From: Clostridia bacterium
GTDB lineage: Bacteria; Bacillota; Clostridia; TANB77; CAG-508
Direction of reading: 5' to 3'
NCBI GenBank assembly: GCA_016290095.1
Contig: JAEESU010000025.1
Span: 8,161-72,160 of the forward strand
DNA: 64,000 bases
Shown: positions 9,941 to 18,621 of the stretch, piece by piece
Numbering within the stretch: position 1 is the first letter of the stretch
How the letters are laid out: every line of letters starts with the position of its first letter
Made by a program: the position numbers and the translations under genes
Notes under the pieces: generated by a model
What the model was told of the DNA's origin: nothing
Databases searched by the model: none
What the model saw: the letters and a program-made list of their open reading frames with translations, nothing else

Positions 9941-11415
9941 TGGAACTTTATGAATATACAGCACATGAATTAGCTGATATGCTAGAAGAGAGAAAAACTA
10001 CTTCAGTAGAAATAACAAAAAGTTACTTTAGTAGAATTAAAGAAATAGATCCTAAAGTAAAAGCATATGTCACAACTTTGGAAGAGAGTGCTTTAAAGAA
10101 AGCAGAAGAGGTTGATCAAAAAAGAAAAAATGGAGAAAAAGTTTCAAAATTAGCAGGTATTCCAATAGGAATAAAAGATAATATTTGTATTACAGGAGTA
10201 AAAACAACTTGTAGTTCAAAAATGCTTGAAAACTTTGTTTCTCCATATGATGCTTCAGTAATCGAAGATATTAATAGAGAAGATATGGTTTATCTTGGAA
10301 AATTGAACATGGATGAATTTGCAATGGGAAGTTCAACAGAACATTCTGCATTTTTCAAGACATCTAACCCATGGGATTTAGATAGAATACCAGGAGGATC
10401 CTCAGGTGGAAGTGCAGCAGCAGTTGCTTCTAACATGGCACCATGGGCGCTAGGAAGTGACACAGGTGGAAGTATTCGTCAACCAGCATCACTTTGCGGT
10501 GTAGTTGGATTAAAACCAACATATGGATTAGTTTCAAGATATGGTTTAGTAGCATTTGCATCTTCACTTGACCAAATAGGACCTTTAACAAGAGATGTAA
10601 CAGATTCAGCACTTCTTCTAAATATAATTGCAGGTCATGACGAAAAAGATTCTACCTCAAGCAGTAGAGAGAAAAAAGATTATACAAAATCTTTAGTAAA
10701 TGATGTAAAAGGAATGAGAATAGGCATTCCAAAAGAATACATCGGAGAAGGAATTAATCAAGAAGTAAAAGATGCTATTTTAAGAGTTGCCAAAAAATAT
10801 GAAGAATTAGGTGCAACAGTAGAAGAATGTTCTTTTTCAGCAGGAAAGTATGCTACAGCAGTTTATTATATTATTGCTGATGCAGAAGCAAGTTCAAACT
10901 TAGGAAGATTTGATGGAATCCGTTATGGATATAGATCTGAAAAAGCAGATTCAATGGAAGATATATTTAGAAATTCTAGAAGTGAAGGATTTGGACCAGA
11001 AGTAAAAAGAAGAATTTTATTAGGTACTTATGTACTTTCTTCAGGATATTATGATGCATATTATAAAAAAGCTCAAAAGGTTAGAACAGTTATTAAAGAA
11101 GCATTTAATGAATTGTTTAATAAATATGATTTATTATTAACACCAACTTCTCCTACGACAGCATTTAAAATGGGAGAAAAAATGGACAATCCACTTGAAA
11201 TGTATTTAGCTGATATTTGTACAGTTCCAATCAATATAGGAGGTGTTCCAGCAATATCTGTTCCATGTGAATTAGATAAAGAAGGACTACCAATAGGATT
11301 CCAATTAATAGGAAACTCATTTGAAGAGGAAAAGATACTAAGAGCTGCTTATACATATGAGCAGAATACAAACTTTAAAGAGAATAAACCAACATTTAAA
11401 GGAGGTAAGAACTAG
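9940..11415 (+). CDS. gatA: Asp/Glu-tRNA amidotransferase subunit A
   Basis: Amidase signature [12 protein letters not shown]. Confidence 0.93.
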   Translation: MELYEYTAHELADMLEERKTTSVEITKSYFSRIKEIDPKVKAYVTTLEESALKKAEEVDQKRKNGEKVSKLAGIPIGIKDNICITGVKTTCSSKMLENFVSPYDASVIEDINREDMVYLGKLNMDEFAMGSSTEHSAFFKTSNPWDLDRIPGGSSGGSAAAVASNMAPWALGSDTGGSIRQPASLCGVVGLKPTYGLVSRYGLVAFASSLDQIGPLTRDVTDSALLLNIIAGHDEKDSTSSSREKKDYTKSLVNDVKGMRIGIPKEYIGEGINQEVKDAILRVAKKYEELGATVEECSFSAGKYATAVYYIIADAEASSNLGRFDGIRYGYRSEKADSMEDIFRNSRSEGFGPEVKRRILLGTYVLSSGYYDAYYKKAQKVRTVIKEAFNELFNKYDLLLTPTSPTTAFKMGEKMDNPLEMYLADICTVPINIGGVPAISVPCELDKEGLPIGFQLIGNSFEEEKILRAAYTYEQNTNFKENKPTFKGGKN

Positions 11416-12855
11416 ATGCTAAGAGATGATTATGAAATGGTAATCGGTTTGGAAGTTCACTGTGAGCTTTCTACAAAGACAAAACTATTTTGTTCATGCC
11501 CTACAACATTTGGAGGAAGCCCTAATACACACTGTTGTCCAGTTTGTACGGCAATGCCAGGAAGCTTACCAGTATTAAATGAAAAGGTTGTAGAATATGC
11601 TGTAAAAGCAGGACTTGCTACAAATTGTAGTATTGAAAAAAACAGTAAAAACGATAGAAAAAACTATTTTTATCCAGATAATCCAAGATCATACCAAATT
11701 TCTCAGTATGATAAGCCACTTTGCTATGAGGGATATGTAAATATAGAAACAGAAAATGGAGAAAAAACTATAAGAATTGAGAGAATTCACATAGAAGATG
11801 ATGCTGGAAAATTAAATCATGATGAATATGGAAGAGGAAGTTTTGTTGATTTAAATAGAGCAGGAATTCCATTAATAGAAGTTGTTTCTAAACCAGATAT
11901 GAGAAGTCCAGAAGAGGCAGAAACCTATATGAGAAAATTAAAATCAATTTTCGAATATATAGGGGTATCTGATTGTAAAATGGAACAAGGTTCATTAAGA
12001 GCAGATGTCAATGTTTCTGTTAGAAAAAAAGGTTCAGAAAAATTTGGAACAAGAACAGAAATGAAAAATATGAGTTCATTTAGAAGTATAGTAAGAGCAA
12101 TTAGCTATGAAGCTGAAAGACAAGTAGATGTAATAGAAAATGGTGGAGTTGTAGAGCAAGAAACATTAAGATGGGATGATATTTCAGGAAGAACATTTAC
12201 AATGAGAAGTAAAGAAAATGCTAATGACTACAGATACTTCCCAGAGCCAGACTTAGTTGCAATTAGACTTTCAGATGAATATATTGAAAATGTTAGAAAT
12301 TCTTTACCAGAACTTCCAGAATCAAAGAGAAAAAGATATAAAGAAGAATATGAATTATCAGATAAAGCAGCAAATTTTGTTGTATCTTCTAAATATTATT
12401 CAACACTTTTTGAAGATTCAATTAAAGTATGCAACAATCCTAAAGCAGTAGGAAACTTTATAATGGGCGATATAGCAAGAATTTTAAATGAAAGAGAAGA
12501 AGAACCTGATAGTTTAGAATTTACAGGAAAAGAATTAGGAGAGTTAGTTACTTTAGTTGATAAAGGAACAATAAGTTCAGCAATAGCTAAAAAAGTGTTA
12601 GAAGAGCTATTTGAAGAAGTTAGAATGCCAAGCAAAATAATAGAAGAAAAAGGCTGGGTTCAAATTTCTGACGAAGGTGCTATTAAGGAAGTAGTAAATA
12701 AGATTTTAGAAGCAAACCCACAATCTATTGCAGATTATAAAGCTGGAAAAGATAGAGCATTAGGATTTTTAGTTGGACAAGCAATGAAGGAAACAAAAGG
12801 AAAAGCGAATCCGCAGTTACTAAACAAGTTGTTTTTAGAAGAATTAAATAAATGA
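11416..12855 (+). CDS. gatB: Asp/Glu-tRNA amidotransferase subunit B
   Basis: VIGLEVHCELSTKTKLFCSC.. and the C-terminal GatB/YqeY region. Confidence 0.93.
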   Translation: MLRDDYEMVIGLEVHCELSTKTKLFCSCPTTFGGSPNTHCCPVCTAMPGSLPVLNEKVVEYAVKAGLATNCSIEKNSKNDRKNYFYPDNPRSYQISQYDKPLCYEGYVNIETENGEKTIRIERIHIEDDAGKLNHDEYGRGSFVDLNRAGIPLIEVVSKPDMRSPEEAETYMRKLKSIFEYIGVSDCKMEQGSLRADVNVSVRKKGSEKFGTRTEMKNMSSFRSIVRAISYEAERQVDVIENGGVVEQETLRWDDISGRTFTMRSKENANDYRYFPEPDLVAIRLSDEYIENVRNSLPELPESKRKRYKEEYELSDKAANFVVSSKYYSTLFEDSIKVCNNPKAVGNFIMGDIARILNEREEEPDSLEFTGKELGELVTLVDKGTISSAIAKKVLEELFEEVRMPSKIIEEKGWVQISDEGAIKEVVNKILEANPQSIADYKAGKDRALGFLVGQAMKETKGKANPQLLNKLFLEELNK

Positions 12856-13133
12856 TTTTTTGTGACACGTTTCAGAAATCATTTAAAAATATGGGCAATA
12901 TTTACAAGAACAAGGCTTTACTAAATTAGATAGTGATAAACTTTTTTGCGTAAAAAATAATTACGAAACTAATTCTTTTATGTTTATTATTGTAAATGGA
13001 GCACAAGCAAATTATAAAGTAATATATGGAAGATACGAAGATTACTTAGATAAATTTGAATTAAAAAATGAATAAATAGTAACTAATTTTGGGATGTCTC
13101 TCAAAGAATCGAACTAAATATAAGGGGAATAAA

Positions 13134-13718
13134 ATGGACAATATAAGTGTATTTACTGGACCAATGAAATCAGGAAAGAGCAGTCATATCATTGCTGAAG
13201 CAAAAGAACAAAAGAAAAATGGAAGAAAAGTATTAATATTTAAACCATCTATGGATGACAGATTTGGAATAGACTATGTTACAGATAGAAATGGAAACAG
13301 ACTTCCTGCAATTAATATTTCATCAATAGATGACCTTGAGAGATTTGATGCGGAATACTATTTTATAGATGAATTTCAATTTTTAGACGGTGACTTGGAT
13401 ACTATAACAAGATTAGCAAGTAGAGGGAAAAAATTTTTTATAGCTGGACTTGATCTTACAGCTGAGAAAAAAGACTTTGGAAAAATGGGAGAATTAATGC
13501 AGTTATCTAATGACGTTAAAAAATTTTCAGCTAGATGTGACTATTGTGGAAAAGAAGCAATTTATTCATTTTGTTTAGCACAGAAAGATGGAGATGTTTT
13601 AGTAGGTACTGATGATATTTATAAAGCTGTTTGTCCAGATTGCTATGAAAGATTGTCTAGAGAAAAAACTAGAAGTAGCGCATTTAGAAGATTCGAAGAC
13701 GATGATGATGCAAGATAA
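13134..13718 (+). CDS. tdk: thymidine kinase-like protein with C-terminal extension ending DDDDAR
   Basis: P-loop GPMKSGKS, Walker B-like FIDEFQF, Zn ribbon CDYC..CPDC. Start moved to ATG 13134 behind a GGGGA SD. Tail is ..RRFEDDDDAR-stop. Confidence 0.75.
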   Translation: MDNISVFTGPMKSGKSSHIIAEAKEQKKNGRKVLIFKPSMDDRFGIDYVTDRNGNRLPAINISSIDDLERFDAEYYFIDEFQFLDGDLDTITRLASRGKKFFIAGLDLTAEKKDFGKMGELMQLSNDVKKFSARCDYCGKEAIYSFCLAQKDGDVLVGTDDIYKAVCPDCYERLSREKTRSSAFRRFEDDDDAR

Positions 13719-13738
13719 TTAATAATATTAAATAGATG

Positions 13739-13767
13739 GGATCATAATTATTTATGATCCTATTTTA
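13739..13767 (+). terminator. intrinsic terminator after the tdk-like gene
   Basis: GGATCATAA-ttat-TTATGATCC followed by a T-rich run. Confidence 0.7.
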
Positions 13768-13779
13768 AAAGGAGAAACA

Positions 13780-14274
13780 ATGATTGAAATAGTTGACTAT
13801 AATGATAAATACGCGGAAGATTTATCAAGGTTAATAATTAGAAATCTTTTAGAAGTAAATATTAATGATTATGATGCTGACATTTTAAAAGAACACGAAA
13901 AAGAGTTTTCTGTAGATAATTTAAAAGCAAAACTAAAAAGAAGAGAAAAAGTATTTGTTGCATTGAGTGATAGTAAAGTTGTAGGCACAGCTGGAATAGA
14001 AAAATCATGGAAAAATGATGATGGAGAATATTGGATTTTAACTGTATTTGTAAATCCTGATTATCATAAAAAAGGAATAGGAAGCAGATTAATAAAGGCT
14101 ATAGAAGAATATGCAATCAATACTATAAAAGCTAAAATATTAATAATACCAGCTTCAAAAACCGCATGTGAGTTTTATGAAAAAATGGGCTATGTATACA
14201 AAGATGGAATAAAAAAGCTTAATGAAAATAATGTATATTTAATGCAGAAGAAACTAATAAATGTATTTTTATAA
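13780..14274 (+). CDS. GNAT family N-acetyltransferase
   Basis: Acetyl-CoA motif ..VNPDYHKKGIGSRLI.. Confidence 0.8.
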   Translation: MIEIVDYNDKYAEDLSRLIIRNLLEVNINDYDADILKEHEKEFSVDNLKAKLKRREKVFVALSDSKVVGTAGIEKSWKNDDGEYWILTVFVNPDYHKKGIGSRLIKAIEEYAINTIKAKILIIPASKTACEFYEKMGYVYKDGIKKLNENNVYLMQKKLINVFL

Positions 14275-14291
14275 TAATATTAAACGAGTTT

Positions 14292-14329
14292 GGAATAGCT
14301 TAAAGACACTAAGTTATTCCTAATTTTTT
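14292..14329 (+). terminator. intrinsic terminator after the GNAT gene
   Basis: GGAATAGCTTA / TAAGTTATTCC (one G-T pair) plus a T-run. Confidence 0.6.
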
Positions 14330-14356
14330 GACACAAGTTACATAAAATGGTATAAT
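14328..14356 (+). promoter_or_regulatory. sigma-A type promoter of GC-rich cassette 1
   Basis: Perfect TTGACA, 17 nt spacer, TATAAT. Confidence 0.7.
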
Positions 14357-14401
14357 AAAGTTAGGTGCTTAGGCACAAAAAACATAAGGAGGTCTTAGAC
14401 C

Positions 14402-14689
14402 ATGACACACGGCAAGCACAGCAAAAAGAAGGTTCTCTTCAAGATTGATTCCATGCGGAAACTGACGAACGTCATCTTCTGTATCGGCGCCCTGATGGGG
14501 ATTCTCTTCGGAGGAAGTTACCAGATGGGGAAGAATTTCTTTGGAATCCTGCTGGGAGCCCTCGCGTGGGGCGTTATTACCGGCTTCGGATTCAAGGGAG
14601 TTTACGAGTTCATCATCGGACTCATCTGCAACATGTCGAACGATGATCCTCAGCCGGAAGCTCAGCCGGAAGAATCTTCTGAAGAATGA
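14402..14689 (+). CDS. GC-rich cassette 1: small Gly-zipper-like membrane protein (95 aa) with acidic C-terminus
   Basis: AAGGAGG SD. Two hydrophobic Gly-rich segments (IGALMGILFGG, GILLGALAWGVITGFGF). Codon usage is G/C-ending, unlike the neighbours. Confidence 0.65.
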   Translation: MTHGKHSKKKVLFKIDSMRKLTNVIFCIGALMGILFGGSYQMGKNFFGILLGALAWGVITGFGFKGVYEFIIGLICNMSNDDPQPEAQPEESSEE

Positions 14690-14722
14690 TCTCATCCATT
14701 GCACAATTGCGCAAGGAGCGCT

Positions 14723-14756
14723 GGCGAGTTACCAACTCGCCGGCGTTTTTATTTTA
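14723..14756 (+). terminator. GC-rich intrinsic terminator of cassette 1
   Basis: GGCGAGTT-acc-AACTCGCC followed by a T-run. Confidence 0.85.
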
Positions 14757-14809
14757 TCAACAAAATTTAATTACCTTCATAGAATATAAGTATATGAAAG
14801 GAGTTAATT

Positions 14810-15481
14810 ATGGCAAAAATTTTAGTATATAATAATAACACAAATAGGATGGAAACATACTATAGAGGCGAAGACCAAAGCATGCCTTACAATTCAAAAG
14901 GAACTTTACGAGTAAAAGAGTTCAGAGGTGCAAGTAAATCAGGTTTGCTTTGGACAGATAGAAGAGCAATGGAAGCGTGGAATAGTTTTAGATATATCTA
15001 TGGAAAACCAATTTTTGTTGGATTCGGTTTTAGAAGACCTTGGGAAGATGGACACGGAATACTTTCACAGCATTATGCGGGATTAGCATTTGATGTTGGT
15101 CAAAATTTAGATGATAGAGGAAGAGCTGCGATGAGGTCATTAGCTGTTAATTCAGGAATATGGAATTATGTAGAACCAGTTAGTGAAACACCTAGGTGGG
15201 TACATTTTGACGAAAGGCAAGTAGCATCTGGATATCCTATAACACGACAGGGTTCAAGAGGAGTGTATGTTTGTATTGCACAAGACTGCTTAACAACATT
15301 AGGATATGAAACAGGAGGACTAGATGGTATATTTGGAATCAAAACAAATTTTGCCGTGAGGAGTTTTCAAACACAAAATAGTTTAGTACAAGATGGAATA
15401 ATTGGACCTTTAACTTGGAATAGATTAATGTCTCAAGTAGTTGGTAAAGGACCTACGGATACTTCAATTTTAGCTGAATAA
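14810..15481 (+). CDS. LAS/M15-type peptidoglycan peptidase fused to a PG_binding_1 domain
   Basis: SQHYAGLAFDV (SxHxxGxAxD) and WVHFD. C-terminal GLDGIFGIKTNFAVRSFQ..DGIIGPLTW. AAGGAG SD. Confidence 0.65.
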   Translation: MAKILVYNNNTNRMETYYRGEDQSMPYNSKGTLRVKEFRGASKSGLLWTDRRAMEAWNSFRYIYGKPIFVGFGFRRPWEDGHGILSQHYAGLAFDVGQNLDDRGRAAMRSLAVNSGIWNYVEPVSETPRWVHFDERQVASGYPITRQGSRGVYVCIAQDCLTTLGYETGGLDGIFGIKTNFAVRSFQTQNSLVQDGIIGPLTWNRLMSQVVGKGPTDTSILAE

Positions 15482-15496
15482 ATTTTTCATAAATTG

Positions 15497-15525
15497 TTGA
15501 CAAATATATTTATGCGTGATAAAAT
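15497..15525 (+). promoter_or_regulatory. sigma-A type promoter (extended -10)
   Basis: TTGACA, 17 nt spacer, TAAAAT, with TG one base upstream of the -10. Confidence 0.6.
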
Positions 15526-15581
15526 TGCAATCAATAAAATTTGGTTAATTAATATACTTAAAAGTGTTAGGGAGTATTAAA

Positions 15582-15728
15582 ATGTCTTTTGTAGCTGTTT
15601 ATGAAGAATTTAACAGTAGAATCATTTTAGGATTAATTACAATCTTACGCTTTTTTATTGTTTTAGAATTATTATCTTTTTTATATAAAATCAAAGAGTT
15701 TCACTCTTTGGTTTTTTTTTATTATTAA
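15582..15728 (+). CDS. candidate 48-aa hydrophobic peptide (MSFVAVYEEFNSRIILGLITILRFFIVLELLSFLYKIKEFHSLVFFYY)
   Basis: GGGAG SD 7 nt upstream of the ATG. Below the ORF-track size cutoff. The ORF runs through the terminator hairpin. Confidence 0.35.
   Translation: MSFVAVYEEFNSRIILGLITILRFFIVLELLSFLYKIKEFHSLVFFYY
15692..15720 (+). terminator. intrinsic terminator or attenuator upstream of the aaRS-like operon
   Basis: CAAAGAGT-ttc-ACTCTTTG followed by a 9-nt T-run. Confidence 0.75.
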
Positions 15729-15783
15729 TGTGTATATATTTATGAACTAAATATATAAATAAAAGAGAGGGGGATCTAAAAAA

Positions 15784-16809
15784 ATGCTTAAAGAGCCAAA
15801 CACATGGAAGGACACAAATACACATTTTGTGAAAGCTCTAAAAAATGATTGGTACAAACAATTAGTTTTATTAGAGAATTTAATTACAGAGGAAACCGTA
15901 AAGTTTTACGGAAAAAAAGGAATTATGACTATTCATTTGCCAGTTACTACAGGTTCGATATCGAGTCCAATGGGAAGAGGCAGTGACTCAAAACCTGTAA
16001 AAGTCAACTTAGAAGGCGTTGATACATATTTGGCAGATTCTATGCAATTCCTTTTAGAATATGGATGTAGATTAAGTGAAAAAGGATGTTATTATGTTAT
16101 GCCGTCTTTTAGAGGTGAATTAGCAGATGAAAGACATTTATGCCAGTTCTATCATAGTGAGGCAGAAATACCAGGTAGTTTGGAAGATGTAATGAGTTTA
16201 GTTGAGCAATATGTTAAGTATTTATCAAAGAGAATTTTAGTTAAAATGGGTGACACATTAAAAGAAACAGTAGGAGATATTAGTCATATAGAAAAAGTTG
16301 CAAAACATAGAGGAAGATTTAAAAGAATTACATTTGATGAAGCAGAAAGAGTATTAAAAGAAAGATTTCCAAAAAATATTTCTGATTATATAGAATACGA
16401 GGATGGCTGGAGAAATATAACAAGAAAAGCAGAAAAAGAACTTATTAATATTTATGGTGGAGTTGTTTGGGTTACAAATTATGACGAACTAGCAGTTCCA
16501 TTTTATCAGAAATTAGATGACAAAATTAAAGGTACAACTCGAAATGCAGATTTACTAATGGGAATAGGAGAAACTATAGGTTGTGGAGAAAGACATGAAG
16601 GGCATAAAGAATTATTAAAAGCATTAGAAAGACATTGTGTATTACCAGAAGAGTATGATTGGTATATTGAAATGAAGAAAAAGTTTCCACTTCAAACCGC
16701 TGGTTTTGGTATGGGAGTAGAAAGATACTTAATGTGGGTATTAAAAGCAAAAGATATAAGAAACATGCAAATATGTTTAAGATTTAATGGAGAAAATATC
16801 TTACCATAA
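15784..16809 (+). CDS. AsnRS/AspRS-like class IIb catalytic core without anticodon-binding domain (archaeal AsnA-like)
   Basis: Motif 2-like FRGELADERHLCQFYHSEAE. Motif 3-like GFGMGVERYLMWVLKAKDIRN. At 341 aa there is no OB-fold N-domain. Confidence 0.7.
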   Translation: MLKEPNTWKDTNTHFVKALKNDWYKQLVLLENLITEETVKFYGKKGIMTIHLPVTTGSISSPMGRGSDSKPVKVNLEGVDTYLADSMQFLLEYGCRLSEKGCYYVMPSFRGELADERHLCQFYHSEAEIPGSLEDVMSLVEQYVKYLSKRILVKMGDTLKETVGDISHIEKVAKHRGRFKRITFDEAERVLKERFPKNISDYIEYEDGWRNITRKAEKELINIYGGVVWVTNYDELAVPFYQKLDDKIKGTTRNADLLMGIGETIGCGERHEGHKELLKALERHCVLPEEYDWYIEMKKKFPLQTAGFGMGVERYLMWVLKAKDIRNMQICLRFNGENILP

Positions 16810-16820
16810 GGAGAAAGAAT

Positions 16821-17951
16821 ATGTTGTTATTAAAAAATGTATTATTAAATGAAATAAAAACAGATATTTTTATTTCAGATAATAAAATTACAAAAATTGG
16901 AAAATTAAATGAAAGAGACTTTAAAAAGGTTTTTAATAATATTGAGGTAATTGATTGTGACAATAAATATATTATTCCAGGATATATAGATAATCATGTT
17001 CATATTACAGGAGGTGGAGGAGAAAAAGGTTTTTCTTCTAAAGTTCCGGAGATAAAATTAAGTGATATTATTTCTAGCGGTGTTACAACAGTAGTTGGAG
17101 TTTTGGGTACTGATACAATTACTAGAAGTGTTGAGAACCTTGTTTCCAAAACGAAAGCATTAAATGAGGAAGGAATAACAGCATATTGTCTAACAGGTGG
17201 ATATGAATTTCCATCACCAACATTAACAGAATCAGTCCAGAAAGATATAGCTTTTATTAATGAAGTTATTGGTGCTAAGATTGCTATTTCAGATCATAGA
17301 TGTTATAACCCACTTAAAGAAGATTTAATTAAATTGATGTCAGAAGTTAGAGTAGCATCTCTTATAAGTGGAAAAAAGTGTAGTGTAAATTATCATGTAG
17401 GTTGGGGAAAAGGAAGTATGAGTCAGCTATTAGATATATTATATGAAACTAATATACCGGCTGATTTAGTTAGACCAACTCATATTACATGTACAGATAC
17501 AGTTTTTGAACAAGCAATAGAAATGGCAAAGAATGGATCATATGTAGATATTACAGCTGGAGAAAATGTTGAAAAGAGTGTTACATATATTATTAAGTCT
17601 TTTGAAAAAGGAATTAGTGATATGTTAACTGTTTCTTCAGATGGTAATGGATCAGTACCAATTTGGCAAGATGGTAAATGTATAGGAATGAATGCACATT
17701 CTCAGATAGGATTACATAAAATTATTAAAGAGTTAGTTAAAACTCATAATTATAAATTGCAAGATGCAATTAAAATTTTAACAGTTAACCCTTCAAATGC
17801 ACTTGGTTTAACTCAAAAAGGAGAAATAAAAGAAGGAAAAGATGCAGACATTCTTATATTAGATCATAATTATGATATTGATAGTGTTATTGCAATGGGA
17901 AAAGTTTTCATGTTAAATAAAAATATTATGAGAAAAGGAATGTATGAATAA
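16821..17951 (+). CDS. iadA: isoaspartyl (beta-aspartyl) dipeptidase, amidohydrolase superfamily
   Basis: PGYIDNHVHITGGGGEKG matches the IadA signature region. Size is about 376 aa. Confidence 0.75.
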   Translation: MLLLKNVLLNEIKTDIFISDNKITKIGKLNERDFKKVFNNIEVIDCDNKYIIPGYIDNHVHITGGGGEKGFSSKVPEIKLSDIISSGVTTVVGVLGTDTITRSVENLVSKTKALNEEGITAYCLTGGYEFPSPTLTESVQKDIAFINEVIGAKIAISDHRCYNPLKEDLIKLMSEVRVASLISGKKCSVNYHVGWGKGSMSQLLDILYETNIPADLVRPTHITCTDTVFEQAIEMAKNGSYVDITAGENVEKSVTYIIKSFEKGISDMLTVSSDGNGSVPIWQDGKCIGMNAHSQIGLHKIIKELVKTHNYKLQDAIKILTVNPSNALGLTQKGEIKEGKDADILILDHNYDIDSVIAMGKVFMLNKNIMRKGMYE

Positions 17952-18612
17952 AATGTTAAGTAATGAAAAAGAAGTGTTACAAAGCAGAGAAAAAATATTT
18001 AATTATAATAAGTTTAATAAATATGAAAAAACAATAGATAAATTACAAATTCCAAAAATATTCGATTATAAAAATTGTATACCTATAGCATTTTCAATGG
18101 ACAATTATAGTGAAATAAAGAAATTTAAAGTGGGTGAATACCAAGTGTTATATAAAGAAATGAAGAATTACATTAGAAATGAAGGGGTGGATGCTAATAG
18201 GGATGTAATTGTGATAGTTCATCCATTTTATCCAACTATAAGACATGCCAACTTTTTAATTGAATATAATGATTATTTTAAAAAATATATTGATTATGAA
18301 GAGAAAATTACAAATATGTTAGAAAGTAAAAATTCAAATATAGTATTATTTGAAAGTCCAGATAATTTTGCAAGATATACTTACAAATTTTATGATAACA
18401 ACAGCATAAAAAATGTTGTTTTTACTGAGCATTCAAATGGAAAGGTATTAGACAAAGAAGATTTAAAAATATTTAGTGGTGTAAAAAGATGCATTATCAT
18501 GGGATGCTATGGACAGTATTGTTTAAAGGATGTTAAAGATCAATTAGAAGAAATGGGAATTGATGTTATTTGCGATAAAGAATTAATATTAGAAAGAGCA
18601 ATAGAAGTGTAG
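17944..18612 (+). CDS. hypothetical protein (operon member, no family recognised)
   Basis: Overlaps the upstream stop by 8 nt, consistent with translational coupling. Confidence 0.55.
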   Translation: MNKMLSNEKEVLQSREKIFNYNKFNKYEKTIDKLQIPKIFDYKNCIPIAFSMDNYSEIKKFKVGEYQVLYKEMKNYIRNEGVDANRDVIVIVHPFYPTIRHANFLIEYNDYFKKYIDYEEKITNMLESKNSNIVLFESPDNFARYTYKFYDNNSIKNVVFTEHSNGKVLDKEDLKIFSGVKRCIIMGCYGQYCLKDVKDQLEEMGIDVICDKELILERAIEV

Positions 18613-18621
18613 GAGGTATAT

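Noticed and set aside
14369-14756. GC-rich islands in an AT-rich genome as structured ncRNAs (tmRNA, RNase P RNA, SRP RNA, 6S).
   Set aside because: I found none of the conserved cores: no GAGGAAAGTCC RNase P motif, no tmRNA 5' GGGG / 3' tRNA-like end, and no SRP GGAAG..AGCAG motif. Each island is exactly filled by an SD-preceded ORF ending just before a terminator. This was not checked with covariance models.
14328-15481. A prophage or integrative element explaining the foreign blocks.
   Set aside because: No integrase, recombinase, capsid, tail or terminase genes, no tRNA attachment site and no flanking direct repeats are visible in the window. The holin/endolysin-like pair is kept only as a low-interest hypothesis.
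15526-15783. T-box or other known riboswitch in front of the aaRS-like operon or of aspS (24984-25058).
   Set aside because: No T-box consensus (AANNNGGGTGGNACCRCG-like) or specifier architecture is visible. The aspS leader is only about 75 nt. An unknown attenuator remains possible and is listed as a finding.
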